NCBI GenBank assembly: GCA_043228905.1
Contig: JBHGNT010000022.1
Coordinates: forward strand, 3,162,001-3,226,000
Length of the DNA: 64,000 bases
Direction: 5' to 3'
Origin: Azolla caroliniana
Taxonomy: Eukaryota; Plantae; Polypodiophyta
The notes beneath the pieces are model-generated. The model saw nothing but the letters and a program-made list of their open reading frames with translations, searched no databases and had not been told where the DNA came from. Below, piece after piece: positions 63,225 to 64,000 of the stretch. How positions within the stretch are numbered: position 1 is the first letter of the stretch; every line of letters begins with the position of its first letter. The translations under genes were made by a program, and so were the position numbers.

Positions 63225-64000
63225 TGTCAACGATTACTTGCGGAAGCGTTAGAAAGCAGAGAAAATAGGGAATACACAAAGTACACGGGAGAGACAGAGA
63301 GAGCAGAACCTCAAAGCTATATTCAAAAATATATAAAACACTCTATCACATACAACTGTGCTCAGTAGCACTATTTATACAAGTCCTTGTGGGATTGACA
63401 CAAGTACCGCATACTTCAATGCTCACACGAGCTTCTGACACTTACTACGAGACTATAATTGCCTAGTAGTTTAAACTAATACTAGGCTTCCAGTTACCAA
63501 TTGGATCCGGCTAACCGGCTCCCTAGCTCACCGGCTCTATTGCTTGCCGGCTCAGTTGCTCACGGCTTACCAATCCGTCTGGCTTGCCGGCTCAGGCTTA
63601 TCTAGTCGATCTGGCTCCAGTTGAGCTTGCCGCTCAACACTCCCCCTCAAGCTCAACCTGAGGTTGGATCCTAGTGCCAGCCTCTGTGGCATTCGGTTCT
63701 TCCAACCGACTTCTTCTGGCGTCACTCCGCCTTGCTCGCGCTCCTCGTCCGGTTCGGTTCTGTTTGCCGCGACCCCTCTTGTTCTGCACCCCTCGACCTT
63801 CTCGGTCGTTATGTCTGCTCAGTAGGCCCCTCTCAGCTCCTTCGCTGCTATGACTACGACGCTTATCGATCCGTTGGTTCCTCTGCGATGGCATCGACTT
63901 TCGCTGCATCCGTGTCTGCTTGGCCTTGAATTGATCCGGTTCTTCCGAATCTGTCTTTTGAACTAAATCTATTGTCTCTGATTCGTTCCAGCTCTTGTCC
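63225..64000 (-). mobile_element. 3' end of a Ty1/copia element related to the 15432 copy; continues beyond the window
   Basis: LTR at 63225-63639 (minus strand starts TGTTGAGCGGCAAGCTCAA), PPT GAGGGGGAG adjacent. The peptide DKRRSHSSEGA matches the C-terminal extension of the first copia. Confidence 0.88.

Noticed and set aside
29216-63225. Ty3-style Pol III-directed integration upstream of tRNA genes
   Set aside because: Insertion points fall at different registers (3' end, anticodon, T arm, variable arm, spacer), not at a fixed upstream position.

Overview
Eukaryotic, land-plant-type heterochromatic DNA; a non-seed plant such as a fern is plausible but only inferred. The backbone from about 12.2 kb to 63.2 kb is a head-to-tail satellite of ~141-bp monomers. 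Each monomer is an 81-nt tRNA-Leu(AAG) gene plus a 60-nt spacer. It totals about 22 kb, roughly 160 mostly degenerate copies, with a few intact ones, a CAG-anticodon variant and higher-order organisation. The array is split by several insertions: (1) tRNA-Trp-primed Ty3/gypsy elements (one full gag-pol copy and two gag-only non-autonomous copies) plus a related solo LTR, which repeatedly duplicate the same 4-bp site ACGT; (2) Ty1/copia elements; (3) a chromovirus and a fragment of a second copy; (4) a young non-coding LTR element with LTRs that look identical; (5) a separate solo LTR; (6) a 5.9-kb TIR element with an 8-bp TSD carrying captured host-gene fragments (ribosomal protein P3, PPR). 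The left end holds a spliced coiled-coil plus RING-finger gene of unknown family. All coordinates and counts were read by eye.
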